A stretch of DNA of 64,000 nucleotides from Acidobacteriota bacterium (GCA_005799825.1 SYFT01000034.1:7629-71628); one strand, 5' to 3'. Shown: positions 35,801 through 44,594, counted from the first letter of the stretch. Notes: generated by a model not told the origin, from the letters alone. Numbers and translations: made by a program.

Positions 35801-36248
35801 GCTTGCGCCGTACGGCGTGGACGCCCAGTCATCCCTGCGCAAGCTTGAGGCCTACCACCGCGTCGAGAACACCTACTTATCCACATTCCAGACGCTCGGC
35901 GGCCTCGGCCTCATTCTCGGTACCATCGGTCTGGCGGCCGTGACATTGCGCAATGTGTTTGAGCGCCGGCGCGAACTCGCCCTTCTGGCCGCCGCCGGGT
36001 ATCGCGTCCGCGAACTTTCGGTGCTCGTGGTCTCCGAGACGCTGGCGCTCGTCATGATCGGCCTGGGCGTGGGTGTCGTGGCCGCGCTTCTCTCCATCGC
36101 GCCGGTCCTGATGGCGCGTGGGGGGCGTCCGCCGGCGTTGTCCATGATCTGGTTGGCGGCCGTGGCCGTGTCGGGCGTACTCGCGTCTCTCGTCGCCACG
36201 CGCGCCGTCCGACGCCTGCCGCTCGTGGCTTCGTTGCGGAGCGAGTGA
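32865..36248 (+). CDS. large duplicated FtsX-domain ABC permease (YbbP-like, type VII ABC architecture)
   Basis: ORF 32865..36248 (1127 aa). There are two FtsX modules (FFLVVSALLLTALFFRLGVEQRLREIGVLRATGYS... and LGGLGLILGTIGLAAVTLRNVFERRRELALLAAAGYR...). Each follows a long extracytoplasmic domain. ATGA overlap with the ATPase gene. Confidence 0.88.
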   Translation: MTVFRLALKSLSYYRRTHVAVAAGVAAAVAVLAGSLLVGASVRASLAGLVTARLGKADLLVSAENPFLDTLGDRLRTQPRLTAAVSGVAPVFALEGVVTHQSSSRRAGNVSVYGVDDRFFALHGATATAPTGTSVLLSPDLASELGAAESDSVVLRVARPTDIPLDSLHGRKDDVGRAMRLRVQGVLPAASMGEFSLSPRQGPVRAMFVNLARLQRDLEQPGRVNALLVARVPGATLDAATVVAALDQAIEAADLGLTVSSASSPFLQIETASGLMSDAQVAAATKASGARPEFVTPVLSWLANKMTVGARSTPYSLVAGLGAYAAGDERLSTLLSGSLTVTSGGSPIVLSEWTARDLVAKIGDSLEMEYYRWADEGRLITERATFRVAGIVPIEGVAADRRLSPAYPGITDSESVADWDPPFPIDLTQVRPTDEDYWDRYKTTAKAFVSVEAAQRLWGTRYGKVSSLRVPSSEDGPADDVSRSVATAVTRAVGSAGAGLTVVDVRTQNIAASAGATDFGAYFSYFSFFLVVSALLLTALFFRLGVEQRLREIGVLRATGYSLRAIGRVLIIEGALVAVAGAVAGTVLAMAWAQLMMYGLRTWWVGAVGTTALTLHVDPLTLAIGALGGVIASVACIAWTVRGLSRRSPRDLLAGSAGSASVRRRSRGYLWAVVTAAAALALTAATTAGVVPAAAGFFGAGALVLISGLAALSGWLRRRTAAVLHGSGSMALARLGWQNAAWRPGRSLTSTALVAAAAFLLVSVDAFRKDTGAAANRSGGTGGFALIAESVLPLVNDPADAAGREALGLVFDQSDNALSGVSLTAARLRPGDDASCLNLYQPKQPRVLGVTDRLINQGRFSFAASLAATNDERANPWILLRQEQADGLVPAIVDATSLQYVLHAAVGDEVVIDAETARPIRLRIVGTLADSVLQGEIMIGEAAFTKLFPEIVGYRVLLTDVAPERAGALDDVAATLEERLAPYGVDAQSSLRKLEAYHRVENTYLSTFQTLGGLGLILGTIGLAAVTLRNVFERRRELALLAAAGYRVRELSVLVVSETLALVMIGLGVGVVAALLSIAPVLMARGGRPPALSMIWLAAVAVSGVLASLVATRAVRRLPLVASLRSE

Positions 36249-36967
36249 GCCACGCCATGGCGCCCTTCATCATCGTCCTTGTCCTGATCGGTGCGAGCGC
36301 AGGTGCGCTTGGTGCGCAGCCGGAGGAACTGCGCGTGTTGTTCATCGGCAACAGCCTGACGTCGGTGAACGACGTGCCGAAGCTGGTGGAGGTGCTTACG
36401 GCGCGCGGCGGGGTGCGTGTGCGAACCATGGTCGTGGCGAAGAATAACTTCAGTCTCGACGACCACCTGCAGGATGGTGAGGCCACCAAGGCCATTGCAG
36501 GGGGCGGCTGGACTTTTGCCGTCATGCAACAGGGGCCATCGGCTCTCGAGGAGTCTCGTGTCTCACGTCGCGCGGCGGCAAAGCGTTTCGACGCTCTTAT
36601 CCGCGGAGCCGGGGCTCGGGCCGCGCTCTACATGGTCTGGCCGGCATCGGCGCGTCGTGGCGACTTCGACCGCGTGCGCGAATCGTATGTGCTGGCGGCG
36701 TCGGACATCGACGGGCTGTTGATTCCCGCCGGCGATGCGTGGCGCGCCGCCTGGCGGCGCGACGCATCGATCCAGCTCTACGGCGGTGATGGGTTCCACC
36801 CCACGCCGCAGGCCTCGTATCTCTCGGCGCTCGTCATCGCGAGCGCACTGACAGGCCGCGCCTCCGGATCGCTCGCGGCACGGCCTGTAGGCTGGCCAGC
36901 CGATTGGTTGACCCCGGACCGCGCCCGCCTCCTGCAGGAGGCCGCAGCCGAGGCCCTGAAGCGATGA
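36245..36967 (+). CDS. secreted SGNH/GDSL-fold hydrolase
   Basis: ORF 36245..36967. GTGA overlap with the permease stop; ATG 36257 is an alternative start. Signal peptide MAPFIIVLVLIGASAGALGAQ. Block I is LRVLFIGNSLT (Ser nucleophile context) and block V is GDGFHPT (DxxH). Confidence 0.75.
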   Translation: MSHAMAPFIIVLVLIGASAGALGAQPEELRVLFIGNSLTSVNDVPKLVEVLTARGGVRVRTMVVAKNNFSLDDHLQDGEATKAIAGGGWTFAVMQQGPSALEESRVSRRAAAKRFDALIRGAGARAALYMVWPASARRGDFDRVRESYVLAASDIDGLLIPAGDAWRAAWRRDASIQLYGGDGFHPTPQASYLSALVIASALTGRASGSLAARPVGWPADWLTPDRARLLQEAAAEALKR

Positions 36968-37084
36968 TACGCAGACAGCGTGACACCGCGGCAGCGTGAC
37001 CAGGCATGGGGTTTGTGCCGACAGGAATACTCGGAGCCTCCTGGGATCTGTCGTAATCGCCGCGGGCCGCTATAATAAGCCCGC

Positions 37085-37672
37085 GTGCATTACCACCTTC
37101 GCGAGTATCCCCTCAAGCAAGGCGCGCTTGAAATCGCGTACATCGAAGAGTTCTTCAACGAGTTTCCCAAGCGGAAGAGTGCTACCGAGATCATGACTCG
37201 GCTGCAGGACCGCGAGTGCCAGATCCTCATGGCCGAAGCGCCGCTGCCCGATGATCCAGGCACGGTGGTGCCGGTGTCCTACAAGGTGTCGCACGAGTTG
37301 CGCGAGCATGAAACTGACTCCGTGCTGGCGGATCTGGTGGACCGGCTCAGGGGCGCGGTGATCTTCTCGGGCCGGCGGGTCCTCTATACATGGCTCGGCG
37401 CCACGCGGCGTGACTGGCGCGGCCAGGGGCATTTTCGCGCGCTCACCGAGGAACAGGAAGTGTGGGCCGTCAACCGCGGGTTCGATGAGGCGGTGGTCAA
37501 GACGAAGAACCGCTACTTTGATATGCGGGCGGCGCTCGATATGCTCCAGTTCAACGTCATCAAGCTTGAAGTGGCGCCGGACGTCCTCGACGCGAAGGTC
37601 TACCTGAGCAAACCCCTCGGCCTTTCCGTGCTCGACGCACACCGCAGCCATCGTCAGGTCACGCGTGCGTGA
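37085..37672 (+). CDS. GNAT-family acetyltransferase-like protein
   Basis: ORF 37085..37672 with a GTG start 8 nt after TATAAT (37071-37076). The acyl-CoA-binding-type segment is TWLGATRRDWRGQGHFRALTEE (Q/R-x-x-G-x-G/A pattern). Confidence 0.65.
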   Translation: MHYHLREYPLKQGALEIAYIEEFFNEFPKRKSATEIMTRLQDRECQILMAEAPLPDDPGTVVPVSYKVSHELREHETDSVLADLVDRLRGAVIFSGRRVLYTWLGATRRDWRGQGHFRALTEEQEVWAVNRGFDEAVVKTKNRYFDMRAALDMLQFNVIKLEVAPDVLDAKVYLSKPLGLSVLDAHRSHRQVTRA

Positions 37673-38451
37673 CCGGTCCGCTGCCCGAAGGGGCGTTTGA
37701 GCACATTCGTGATCATGCATGGCTTCGCGCGAACCGTCTGTTCGTCGCTGAAGGTCGCCACGTTGCGACGCGCCTGATTCAGTCGCCCAACTTCAGTGCC
37801 GTCGCGCTCATGGTGACGCCGACCGCGCAGGCAGCCATGGCCGACGCCATTGCATCGATTGAGCCTGCGCGGCGACCGGTGGTGTTCGTGCGCACACAGG
37901 TCGAGCTCGATGCCATCACCGGATTTCGCCTGCATCAAGGATGTGTCGCCCTCGGAGAGCGCCCGATTATGCAGACCGAGGTACCTGTTGCAACGGCCGG
38001 CCCCATCATCGCGCTCGAGCGCGTCCGCGATCCTGACAACGTCGGCAGCATCATCCGAACGGCCGCGGCATTGGGCGCCGCCACTTTGTTGCTCGGGCCC
38101 GAGTGCGCCGATCCGTTGTATCGGAAGGCCGTGCGCACTTCGATGGGATCGGTGTTCACGTTGCCGTTCGCCACCGCCCCGGAGTGGCCGGGCGCCCTTC
38201 GAGAGCTCAAGGCGCAAGGGCGGGTGATCGTGGCCCTCACGCCTGACGGGCGAGACATCCTGTTGGCGGCGAGGGCCGCTGTGGCCACTCGGCCGGTGGT
38301 GCTCTTGCTTGGCTCAGAAGGGGAGGGCCTGACGCCAGGGGCCCGGGCACTGGCAGACGTCGAGGCCAACATCCCCATGGCGTCGATGGCGGATTCCCTG
38401 AACGTCGCAGTCGCCGCGGCTGTGGCACTCTATGCGTGGAGGAGGGACTGA
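37669..38451 (+). CDS. TrmH/SpoU family RNA 2'-O-methyltransferase
   Basis: ORF 37669..38451 with GTGA overlap. SpoU motifs are ALERVRDPDNVGSIIRTAAALG, VLLLGSEGEGL and IPMASMADSLNVAVAAAVALY. Confidence 0.88.
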   Translation: MTGPLPEGAFEHIRDHAWLRANRLFVAEGRHVATRLIQSPNFSAVALMVTPTAQAAMADAIASIEPARRPVVFVRTQVELDAITGFRLHQGCVALGERPIMQTEVPVATAGPIIALERVRDPDNVGSIIRTAAALGAATLLLGPECADPLYRKAVRTSMGSVFTLPFATAPEWPGALRELKAQGRVIVALTPDGRDILLAARAAVATRPVVLLLGSEGEGLTPGARALADVEANIPMASMADSLNVAVAAAVALYAWRRD

Positions 38452-39335
38452 TGATGCGTCGATACGGTGCCATGGTCGGCCTGGCGATGGTGGCGGCAAG
38501 TGTGCTGGTGGCGCAGGCCCCGGCCACCGAGATCTATCTGGCCCCGTTCTCCGAGGCAGGTGCAAAGGTCACGGTCGGCAGGGCCGTGAACATCACGAAC
38601 AATCCTGGCTATGACAATCAGCCCCAGTTCCTGGCGGATTCGAGCGGCATCCTGTTCTCGTCGAACCGCGACGGCGCGCAGAGCGACGTCTACCGGTACG
38701 ACATTGCGTTGAAGAGGATCGCACAGGTCACGGCAACCGCCGACAACGAGAACTCGCCGACGCTGACCCCTGACGGCCAGACGTTCACCACGGTACGTGG
38801 CTCGGCGCAGAGACTCTGGCGCTACACGCTCGAGGGCGAAGATGCCGGCCTCGCGTGGACGCATCAGGGCCTGATTGGGTATCACGTGTGGGTCTCGCCC
38901 ACGCAGTTGGCCACGTTCATCCTTGGTGCGCAGCGCCAACCCGCCACACTGCAACTGCTCGACATGCGGAGCGGCTCATCGACGGTCATTGAGAGCAGCA
39001 TTGGCCGCTCGCTGCTGATGCGTCCTGGCCGGGGCACGGTGAGCTTCGTACACAAGCCCCAGGGAGCGCCCTGGCAGATCAAGGAACTGGATCCCGTGAC
39101 GCGCATTGTGACGACGCTGACGCCGACACCCGAAGGTACCGAAGACCTCGCCTGGACGCCGCAGGGCTCCATCGTCATGGGTCAGAAGTCGAAACTGTTC
39201 CTGTGGCGCCCAGACGCCAGTGGATGGCCGGAGATTGCGGACCTGACCCGGCAGGGCGTGGGCAACATCACGCGCCTCACCGTGAGCCCCGACGGTAAGT
39301 GGATCGCCGTAGTGGGGCAGGCGCCCGCTCAATGA
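38451..39335 (+). CDS. TolB-like PD40/WD40 beta-propeller protein, secreted
   Basis: Inner part of ORF 38436..39335. GGAGGG at 38441-38446 precedes ATG 38451, which overlaps the upstream TGA. Signal peptide MMRRYGAMVGLAMVAASVLVAQA. PD40-like segments are GYDNQPQFLADSSGILFSSNRDG and NENSPTLTPDGQTF. Confidence 0.8.
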   Translation: MMRRYGAMVGLAMVAASVLVAQAPATEIYLAPFSEAGAKVTVGRAVNITNNPGYDNQPQFLADSSGILFSSNRDGAQSDVYRYDIALKRIAQVTATADNENSPTLTPDGQTFTTVRGSAQRLWRYTLEGEDAGLAWTHQGLIGYHVWVSPTQLATFILGAQRQPATLQLLDMRSGSSTVIESSIGRSLLMRPGRGTVSFVHKPQGAPWQIKELDPVTRIVTTLTPTPEGTEDLAWTPQGSIVMGQKSKLFLWRPDASGWPEIADLTRQGVGNITRLTVSPDGKWIAVVGQAPAQ

Positions 39336-40507
39336 CGTTGAAGGTACTGTCGCAATCACGCCGCCTCGCGGCCGTCCAGTCGCCCATCATCCCTATCGTC
39401 AGCCGCTGGATCGAAGAGACCCCTGGAACGGTGTCGCTCGGGCAAGGCGTGGTGTCGTACGGGCCGCCCGAGGAGGCGGTGACCGCCGCGCACGCGTTTC
39501 CGGTGCAGTCGAGCGATCACCGCTACGGCGCTGTCGAGGGCGAGCCAGCCCTGGTTGCCCTCGTGGAGGATAAGCTCCGCCGTGAGAATGCCACCGAGGT
39601 GCGGGGCGCAAGTCGCGTGGTGGTGACCGCGGGCAGCAACCAGGCGTTCATGAACGCCATCCTGGCAGTCACCGATCCTCGCGACGAAGTAATCCTGCAG
39701 GTGCCGTACTACTTCAACCACGAGATGGCGATTGAGATGGCGGGCGCCGTCGTGGTGCCCGTGCGCACGGATGACGCGTGCCAGCTGGACCTGGCCGCCA
39801 TCGAGGCCGCCATCACCCCGAAGACCCGGGCCATCGTGACCGTGTCGCCCAACAATCCGACGGGCGCGGTGTATCCGGAAGGCGCCATTCGCGCGGTCAA
39901 CGACCTGTGCCGCACTCGGGGGTTGTTCCACATCTCCGATGAGGTGTACGAATACTTCACCTATCAGGAGACGCCACATTTCTCGGCCGGGTCCATTGCC
40001 GGTGCGGCGCCACATACCATCTCGCTCTATTCGCTGTCGAAGGCGTACGGCATGGCGAGCTGGCGCATGGGCTACATGGTGATTCCCGAGTCGCTGTGGG
40101 AGGCCGTGAACAAGATTCAGGACACGTTACTGGTGTGTCCGCCCCTGGTGTCGCAGCACGCGGCGATGGCTGCGCTTCGTGTGGGTCGCTCATATTGCGC
40201 CGGACATATTGCGCGCCTCGACCAGATGAGGACGATGATGTCCGAGGCGCTGTCGGCGCCGGGGCTGCCCTGTGAGATGCCGGTGGCGCGCGGGGCGTTT
40301 TATTACTTCATCGACGTGCGCACGTCGCTCGATTCACACACGCTGGCCGAGCGGTTGATCCGGAGGCACAAGGTGGCGGTGATTCCGGGGTCGGCGTTCG
40401 GTGCCTCGGATGGCTGCCGCGTTCGTGTGTCGTATGGCGCGCTAGACGTCGCGACGGCGGCCGAAGGTGTCTCGCGGCTTGTGAATGGATTGAAACAGTT
40501 GTCATGA
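39332..40507 (+). CDS. class I/II PLP-dependent aminotransferase
   Basis: Inner part of ORF 39299..40507 with ATGA overlap at 39332. Family segments are VSPNNPTGAVY and YSLSKAYGMASWRMGY. Confidence 0.88.
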   Translation: MTLKVLSQSRRLAAVQSPIIPIVSRWIEETPGTVSLGQGVVSYGPPEEAVTAAHAFPVQSSDHRYGAVEGEPALVALVEDKLRRENATEVRGASRVVVTAGSNQAFMNAILAVTDPRDEVILQVPYYFNHEMAIEMAGAVVVPVRTDDACQLDLAAIEAAITPKTRAIVTVSPNNPTGAVYPEGAIRAVNDLCRTRGLFHISDEVYEYFTYQETPHFSAGSIAGAAPHTISLYSLSKAYGMASWRMGYMVIPESLWEAVNKIQDTLLVCPPLVSQHAAMAALRVGRSYCAGHIARLDQMRTMMSEALSAPGLPCEMPVARGAFYYFIDVRTSLDSHTLAERLIRRHKVAVIPGSAFGASDGCRVRVSYGALDVATAAEGVSRLVNGLKQLS

Positions 40508-41262
40508 AGATCGCCACATGGAATGTCAACGGCATCCGCGCCAGGCAGGCGCAGTTGCAGGAACTGCTGACCGCCGAGCAACCGGACGTGGTGTGCCTGC
40601 AGGAGATCAAGGCCACGCCGGAACAGGTGCCGGCGTTGATGGTGTCGCCCAGTGAGTACTGGACCTACTGGCATGGCGGTGGGGGTTATTCCGGCGTCGC
40701 GCTGCTGATTCGACGGGAATTCGCGCCCGAACCGCCTCACTTTTCCCACCCGGCCTTTGATTTCGAACACCGCATCGTGGAGGTCCGCGTCGCCAACCCT
40801 GGCGAGCTTCGGTTCGTCTCAGTATATGTGCCGAACGGCGGAAAAGACTTTGAGGCCAAGATGCGCTTCGCGCAGGCGTTGCGTGAGTGGCTGGCTGAAA
40901 CGTTGACCCCGGGTACGGCGCTAGTCCTTTGTGGGGACTTGAACATCGCCCTCGAGGAGCGGGACGTGCATCCAAAAGAACGCAAGCTCAACCAGATCGG
41001 CACTCGTCCCGAAGAGCGGGCGCTGCTGGCTGGTGTGCTTGCCAGCGGGCTGGCCGATGTCGGCCGAACACTCGATCCCGACAACGATCAGCTCTTTACC
41101 TGGTGGGCTCCCTGGCGGGGTTTGCGGCAGCGGAACATCGGATGGCGAATCGACTACATCCTGGCGACGCCGTCAGTGTCCAACGCCGCCACCCAATGTG
41201 TTTCCATGCGCGAGTTCGGCACAAGCGACCATGCTCCGGTCGTGGCAACTTTTTCATTATGA
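40504..41262 (+). CDS. xth: exodeoxyribonuclease III
   Basis: ORF 40504..41262. Family segments are MKIATWNVNGIRAR, CLQEIK, CGDLNIA, IDYIL and SDHAPV. Confidence 0.92.
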   Translation: MKIATWNVNGIRARQAQLQELLTAEQPDVVCLQEIKATPEQVPALMVSPSEYWTYWHGGGGYSGVALLIRREFAPEPPHFSHPAFDFEHRIVEVRVANPGELRFVSVYVPNGGKDFEAKMRFAQALREWLAETLTPGTALVLCGDLNIALEERDVHPKERKLNQIGTRPEERALLAGVLASGLADVGRTLDPDNDQLFTWWAPWRGLRQRNIGWRIDYILATPSVSNAATQCVSMREFGTSDHAPVVATFSL

Positions 41263-43589
41263 GACTTCGCACCCAGCTCATCGTCGCATTCCTGATCGTG
41301 TCGGTTGTGCCCCTGGCTACAGTGACGTTCTACTCGTACACGAGTCAGGTGCGTGCGTTGCGGGACCTCGCCACCAGTGAAGCGGACGCATTGTCGGGTG
41401 AGATGACCCACCGCATGCAACTCGTCACTGGAGAATTGACGACCAGAGTTGAGCAGTTGATGGACATGCAGCCGGTGCCGATGCAGGCCGCACAGACGAA
41501 GGCCACGACGGTGGTACTGCCGCCCGCACCTGCGCCGACACCCGCGGCGTCTGCCGCAATCGCGCTGGTCGAAGTGGCAACCAACGAGACCCAGGCCGCC
41601 GAGGCGCTTGGTGCAGCCGCGATGTTGCTCAAGTCTGTCGAGTTGCGCGGCGCCAGAGGTATCGGGAGGCCGCCCGAGGGTGGCCGCGGTGACCAGGGTC
41701 GCGGCGGATCGGGACGGAGCGCGACACAGTCGCTCGGTGGTGCCACGTCGGGGCTAGGCAACCGGGAGGGGCCACCTACCGGGCAACGGACCCGTCCGGC
41801 GCGACTGGAGGGTGAGCCCCCGCGAGTGCCACCGCAGATGCGGCCGGCACCGATGCCATCCGGGTCGTCACCGGCGGTCGCGGAGACGTCAAAGGTCGGC
41901 GACACGCCGAAGGTGGCCGGTGCTCCGCAGGTTGCGCCGGTCGCGCGCGTACCCTCGACCCTTCCCGCCGAACGCATCGTCATCGACATGGGCGCGATCA
42001 CGCGCGAGATGTTCAACAAATATGTGCCCGAGGGCGGACTGGACAAGTTGACGTCGGAACAGCGCCAGCAACTCGGCCGCGACATCAGCCAGCGTATGCA
42101 GGGCATTGCAGAGGGCATCAGGCTCAGTGCAGAGCAACTGCAGAAAAAGGCGGATGAAGCGAAGCTGAAGCCCACGCCCGCCGCTCCGGCGGTATCGGCC
42201 CCTGCGCCGCCCACTGATCCTGTGCCCCCGCCGGCGCCGATTACGCGCGCGTCCAGGCTCGTAGGCAACCGCCTCGACGTCACGTTGAGTCAGGGTGGCA
42301 AAGTGGTCAGCCAGGTCAACGCCACAATCGATCTCGAAAACGTGCTGGCTACCGTGTTCTCGCCGACGCGCCGCGAGCGGGGTGAAGTGGCATTTGCCAT
42401 TGGTGCGGACGGCCGGGTTTATACCGCCACTGACGCGGATCGAAAAATGGTGGAAGGTCTGGGCGCGGTTGCGCGTCCCGACGGTCCCCTGGGCAAGACG
42501 GTGCTGCCGGACTGGGTCGTGTTCACACAAACCGATCCGAGCGGATCGGGTCTGCGCTTCGGCATCGCGCGCCCAGTTGGCGACTCACTGGGCGCGTTGC
42601 GGCGCACTGCAGGACGCAACGCCGGCCTCGGTCTCATGCTCATCAGCCTCGCCACCGTCCTGGCGGTGGCCTTGTCCGGGCGCCTCACGCGCAACCTGTC
42701 GGCGCTGACTGACGGTGTGGATCGTATTTCTCACGGCGACTATCGGGCGCGTGTGCCCGTTCACTCGAAGGATGAAATTGGCGATCTGGCGATGGCGTTC
42801 AACAAAATGGCCGCCGACGTGGAACTGCACCAGCAGGCGGCGATCGAGCAGGAGCGCCTCCACCGTGAACTGGAACTGGGCCGGCAAATTCAGAACGACA
42901 TGTTGCCTCGCGAGCCGATGCTGTTCGGACTCACCCAGGTGCAGGGCGTGTCCATCCCCGCGCGGGAAGTGGGTGGGGATTTCTTCAACTACTTTGCTCT
43001 TGAGAGCGGCCAGGTGGCGCTGATTGTCGGCGACGTTTCAGGCAAGGGTGTCGGTGCCGCACTCCTGATGGCCAACATCCAGGCTTCGTTGCGCACACGT
43101 CTCGCTCTGGGTCAGAGTCTGGCCGACATCGCTGTAGCCATCGATCGCGACCTGGCGACCACCGCCACCTCACGGCTCTATGTGACGCTGTTCCTTAGCG
43201 TGTTTGATCCCGTCACACGGCGGCTGTTGTATGTGAACGCGGGTCACAACGCGCAGTTCGTGCTGCGTCCGAATCAACCCATCGAAACGATGCCGGCGAC
43301 CGGCATTCCCATCGGCCTGATGGCAGGCCGGGGTTACCAACAGCGCGAAGTCAGTCTCGCGTCCGGCGACCTCTTGTTTTTTTATACCGACGGTTGCGTC
43401 GAAACCGAGAACGAGGCCGACGAGATGTTTGGCAACGGTCGTCTCGAGTCACTGCTCGTGTCTATCGCCACCCAGGGCCCAGTGACGCCCGACCGCGTGC
43501 TGCACCAGGTTGAGCAGTCGGTGACAGCCTTCCGCGGCACCCGCGAACCCTTCGACGACGCGACGATGATGGCGGTGAGCATTGGGTAG
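41259..43589 (+). CDS. membrane sensor phosphatase: TM, long low-complexity extracytoplasmic region, TM, HAMP, PP2C/SpoIIE domain
   Basis: Inner part of ORF 40929..43589 with ATGA overlap with xth at 41259. HAMP segment DEIGDLAMAFNKMA. SpoIIE motifs are GGDFFNYF, VGDVSGKGVGAALLMA and FFYTDGCVE. Confidence 0.85.
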   Translation: MRLRTQLIVAFLIVSVVPLATVTFYSYTSQVRALRDLATSEADALSGEMTHRMQLVTGELTTRVEQLMDMQPVPMQAAQTKATTVVLPPAPAPTPAASAAIALVEVATNETQAAEALGAAAMLLKSVELRGARGIGRPPEGGRGDQGRGGSGRSATQSLGGATSGLGNREGPPTGQRTRPARLEGEPPRVPPQMRPAPMPSGSSPAVAETSKVGDTPKVAGAPQVAPVARVPSTLPAERIVIDMGAITREMFNKYVPEGGLDKLTSEQRQQLGRDISQRMQGIAEGIRLSAEQLQKKADEAKLKPTPAAPAVSAPAPPTDPVPPPAPITRASRLVGNRLDVTLSQGGKVVSQVNATIDLENVLATVFSPTRRERGEVAFAIGADGRVYTATDADRKMVEGLGAVARPDGPLGKTVLPDWVVFTQTDPSGSGLRFGIARPVGDSLGALRRTAGRNAGLGLMLISLATVLAVALSGRLTRNLSALTDGVDRISHGDYRARVPVHSKDEIGDLAMAFNKMAADVELHQQAAIEQERLHRELELGRQIQNDMLPREPMLFGLTQVQGVSIPAREVGGDFFNYFALESGQVALIVGDVSGKGVGAALLMANIQASLRTRLALGQSLADIAVAIDRDLATTATSRLYVTLFLSVFDPVTRRLLYVNAGHNAQFVLRPNQPIETMPATGIPIGLMAGRGYQQREVSLASGDLLFFYTDGCVETENEADEMFGNGRLESLLVSIATQGPVTPDRVLHQVEQSVTAFRGTREPFDDATMMAVSIG

Positions 43590-43616
43590 GGGTGGCCGGT
43601 GGGGAGACCAGTCCCC

Positions 43617-44594
43617 CTAATTTGTTCGCAGCGCGATGAGCGGATCCACTGATGCGGCGCGGCGGGCCGGGACCACGGCGGCCGTCGCGCCGATCAGCCC
43701 GACAGCAATGATGTAACTGACAGGGTCCGACGAGGTGACGCCGACCAGGACCGTGGCGAGCGCCTGGGTGCCGTACCATGCCAGCAACGAACCGGACACC
43801 GCGCCCACCAGCACGAGGGCCAGTGCTTCGCGCAGGACCTGACGCACGACAAGCCCACGTGTGGAACCCAGCGCCATGCGAATGCCGATTTCCCGAGTGC
43901 GCCGGGCGACGCCGAATGCGATCACGCCGTAGAGGCCGAGGCCGGCGAGCAGCATGGTGAGCGCGGCCGGTCCGCCGAAGAGCGAGGCGCCGACGCTGAC
44001 GGCGAGCAGAGATGCCGCCACCAGGCGGTCGAGCGGCCCCAACTCGAGGAAGACCAGTTGCGGCTCCAGGTCGCGCAGCGTGCGTTCGACGCCGAGGGTC
44101 GTCGCGGCCGGATCCGACGCCGTGCGCACTAGGAGGCTGCCGGCTGACCCGGGCCGCTGCGGTCGGGCGAAGTGGACCACCGATCGGGGCGCCTCGGCCA
44201 CCGAGCGCACGTTGTAGTCTCGAGCGACGCCGATGATCTCCACGAGCGGGCCGGCGTGGTCGCGGCGGCGCAGCTGTTGGCCCACCGCGCCATCGGGGAA
44301 GGACTTCGTGGCGAACGCCTGGGAGACGACCGCGACGACCGGGGTGTTCGGCGTGTCGCGGGTGTTGAACCCACGACCCTTCAGGAGCGGTACACCGAGC
44401 GCGGCGAAGTAGTTGTCCGTCACCGCATTGGTATCGACCGACAGGCCCTGCTGCGGTGTTGCTTCAGGCCGGCCGACCCCGATGCGTCTTTGCCCAGCCG
44501 CAGGATGGCCAGCAACACCAGTTGCGCGAACTCGCCCAGGTGCGTGGTCGCGGTCTGACACCACGTTGTAGTTACAGGCCGGGTTCACTTTCAT
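43617..44594 (-). pseudogene. ADOP/MacB-type FtsX permease, C-terminal module only (probable 5'-truncated remnant)
   Basis: ORF 43617..44594. Family-like sequence begins only at VDTNAVTDNYFAALGVPLLKGRGF and runs to the FtsX TM bundle and the C-terminal VDPLIALRTN. There is no preceding TM helix. The first ~50 codons are non-hydrophobic filler. The ORF start lies 12 nt from the divergent gene at 44607. Confidence 0.5.

Noticed and set aside
36976-37000. Direct repeat CAGCGTGAC x2 (16-bp period) downstream of the SGNH gene
   Set aside because: It is short, has only two copies and lacks a recognisable partner or context. It could easily be chance in GC-rich sequence.
40929-41258. N-terminal extension of ORF 40929..43589 overlapping xth
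   Set aside because: It is an off-frame reading of the exonuclease III gene. An ATGA-coupled start at 41259 gives a proper TM N-terminus.
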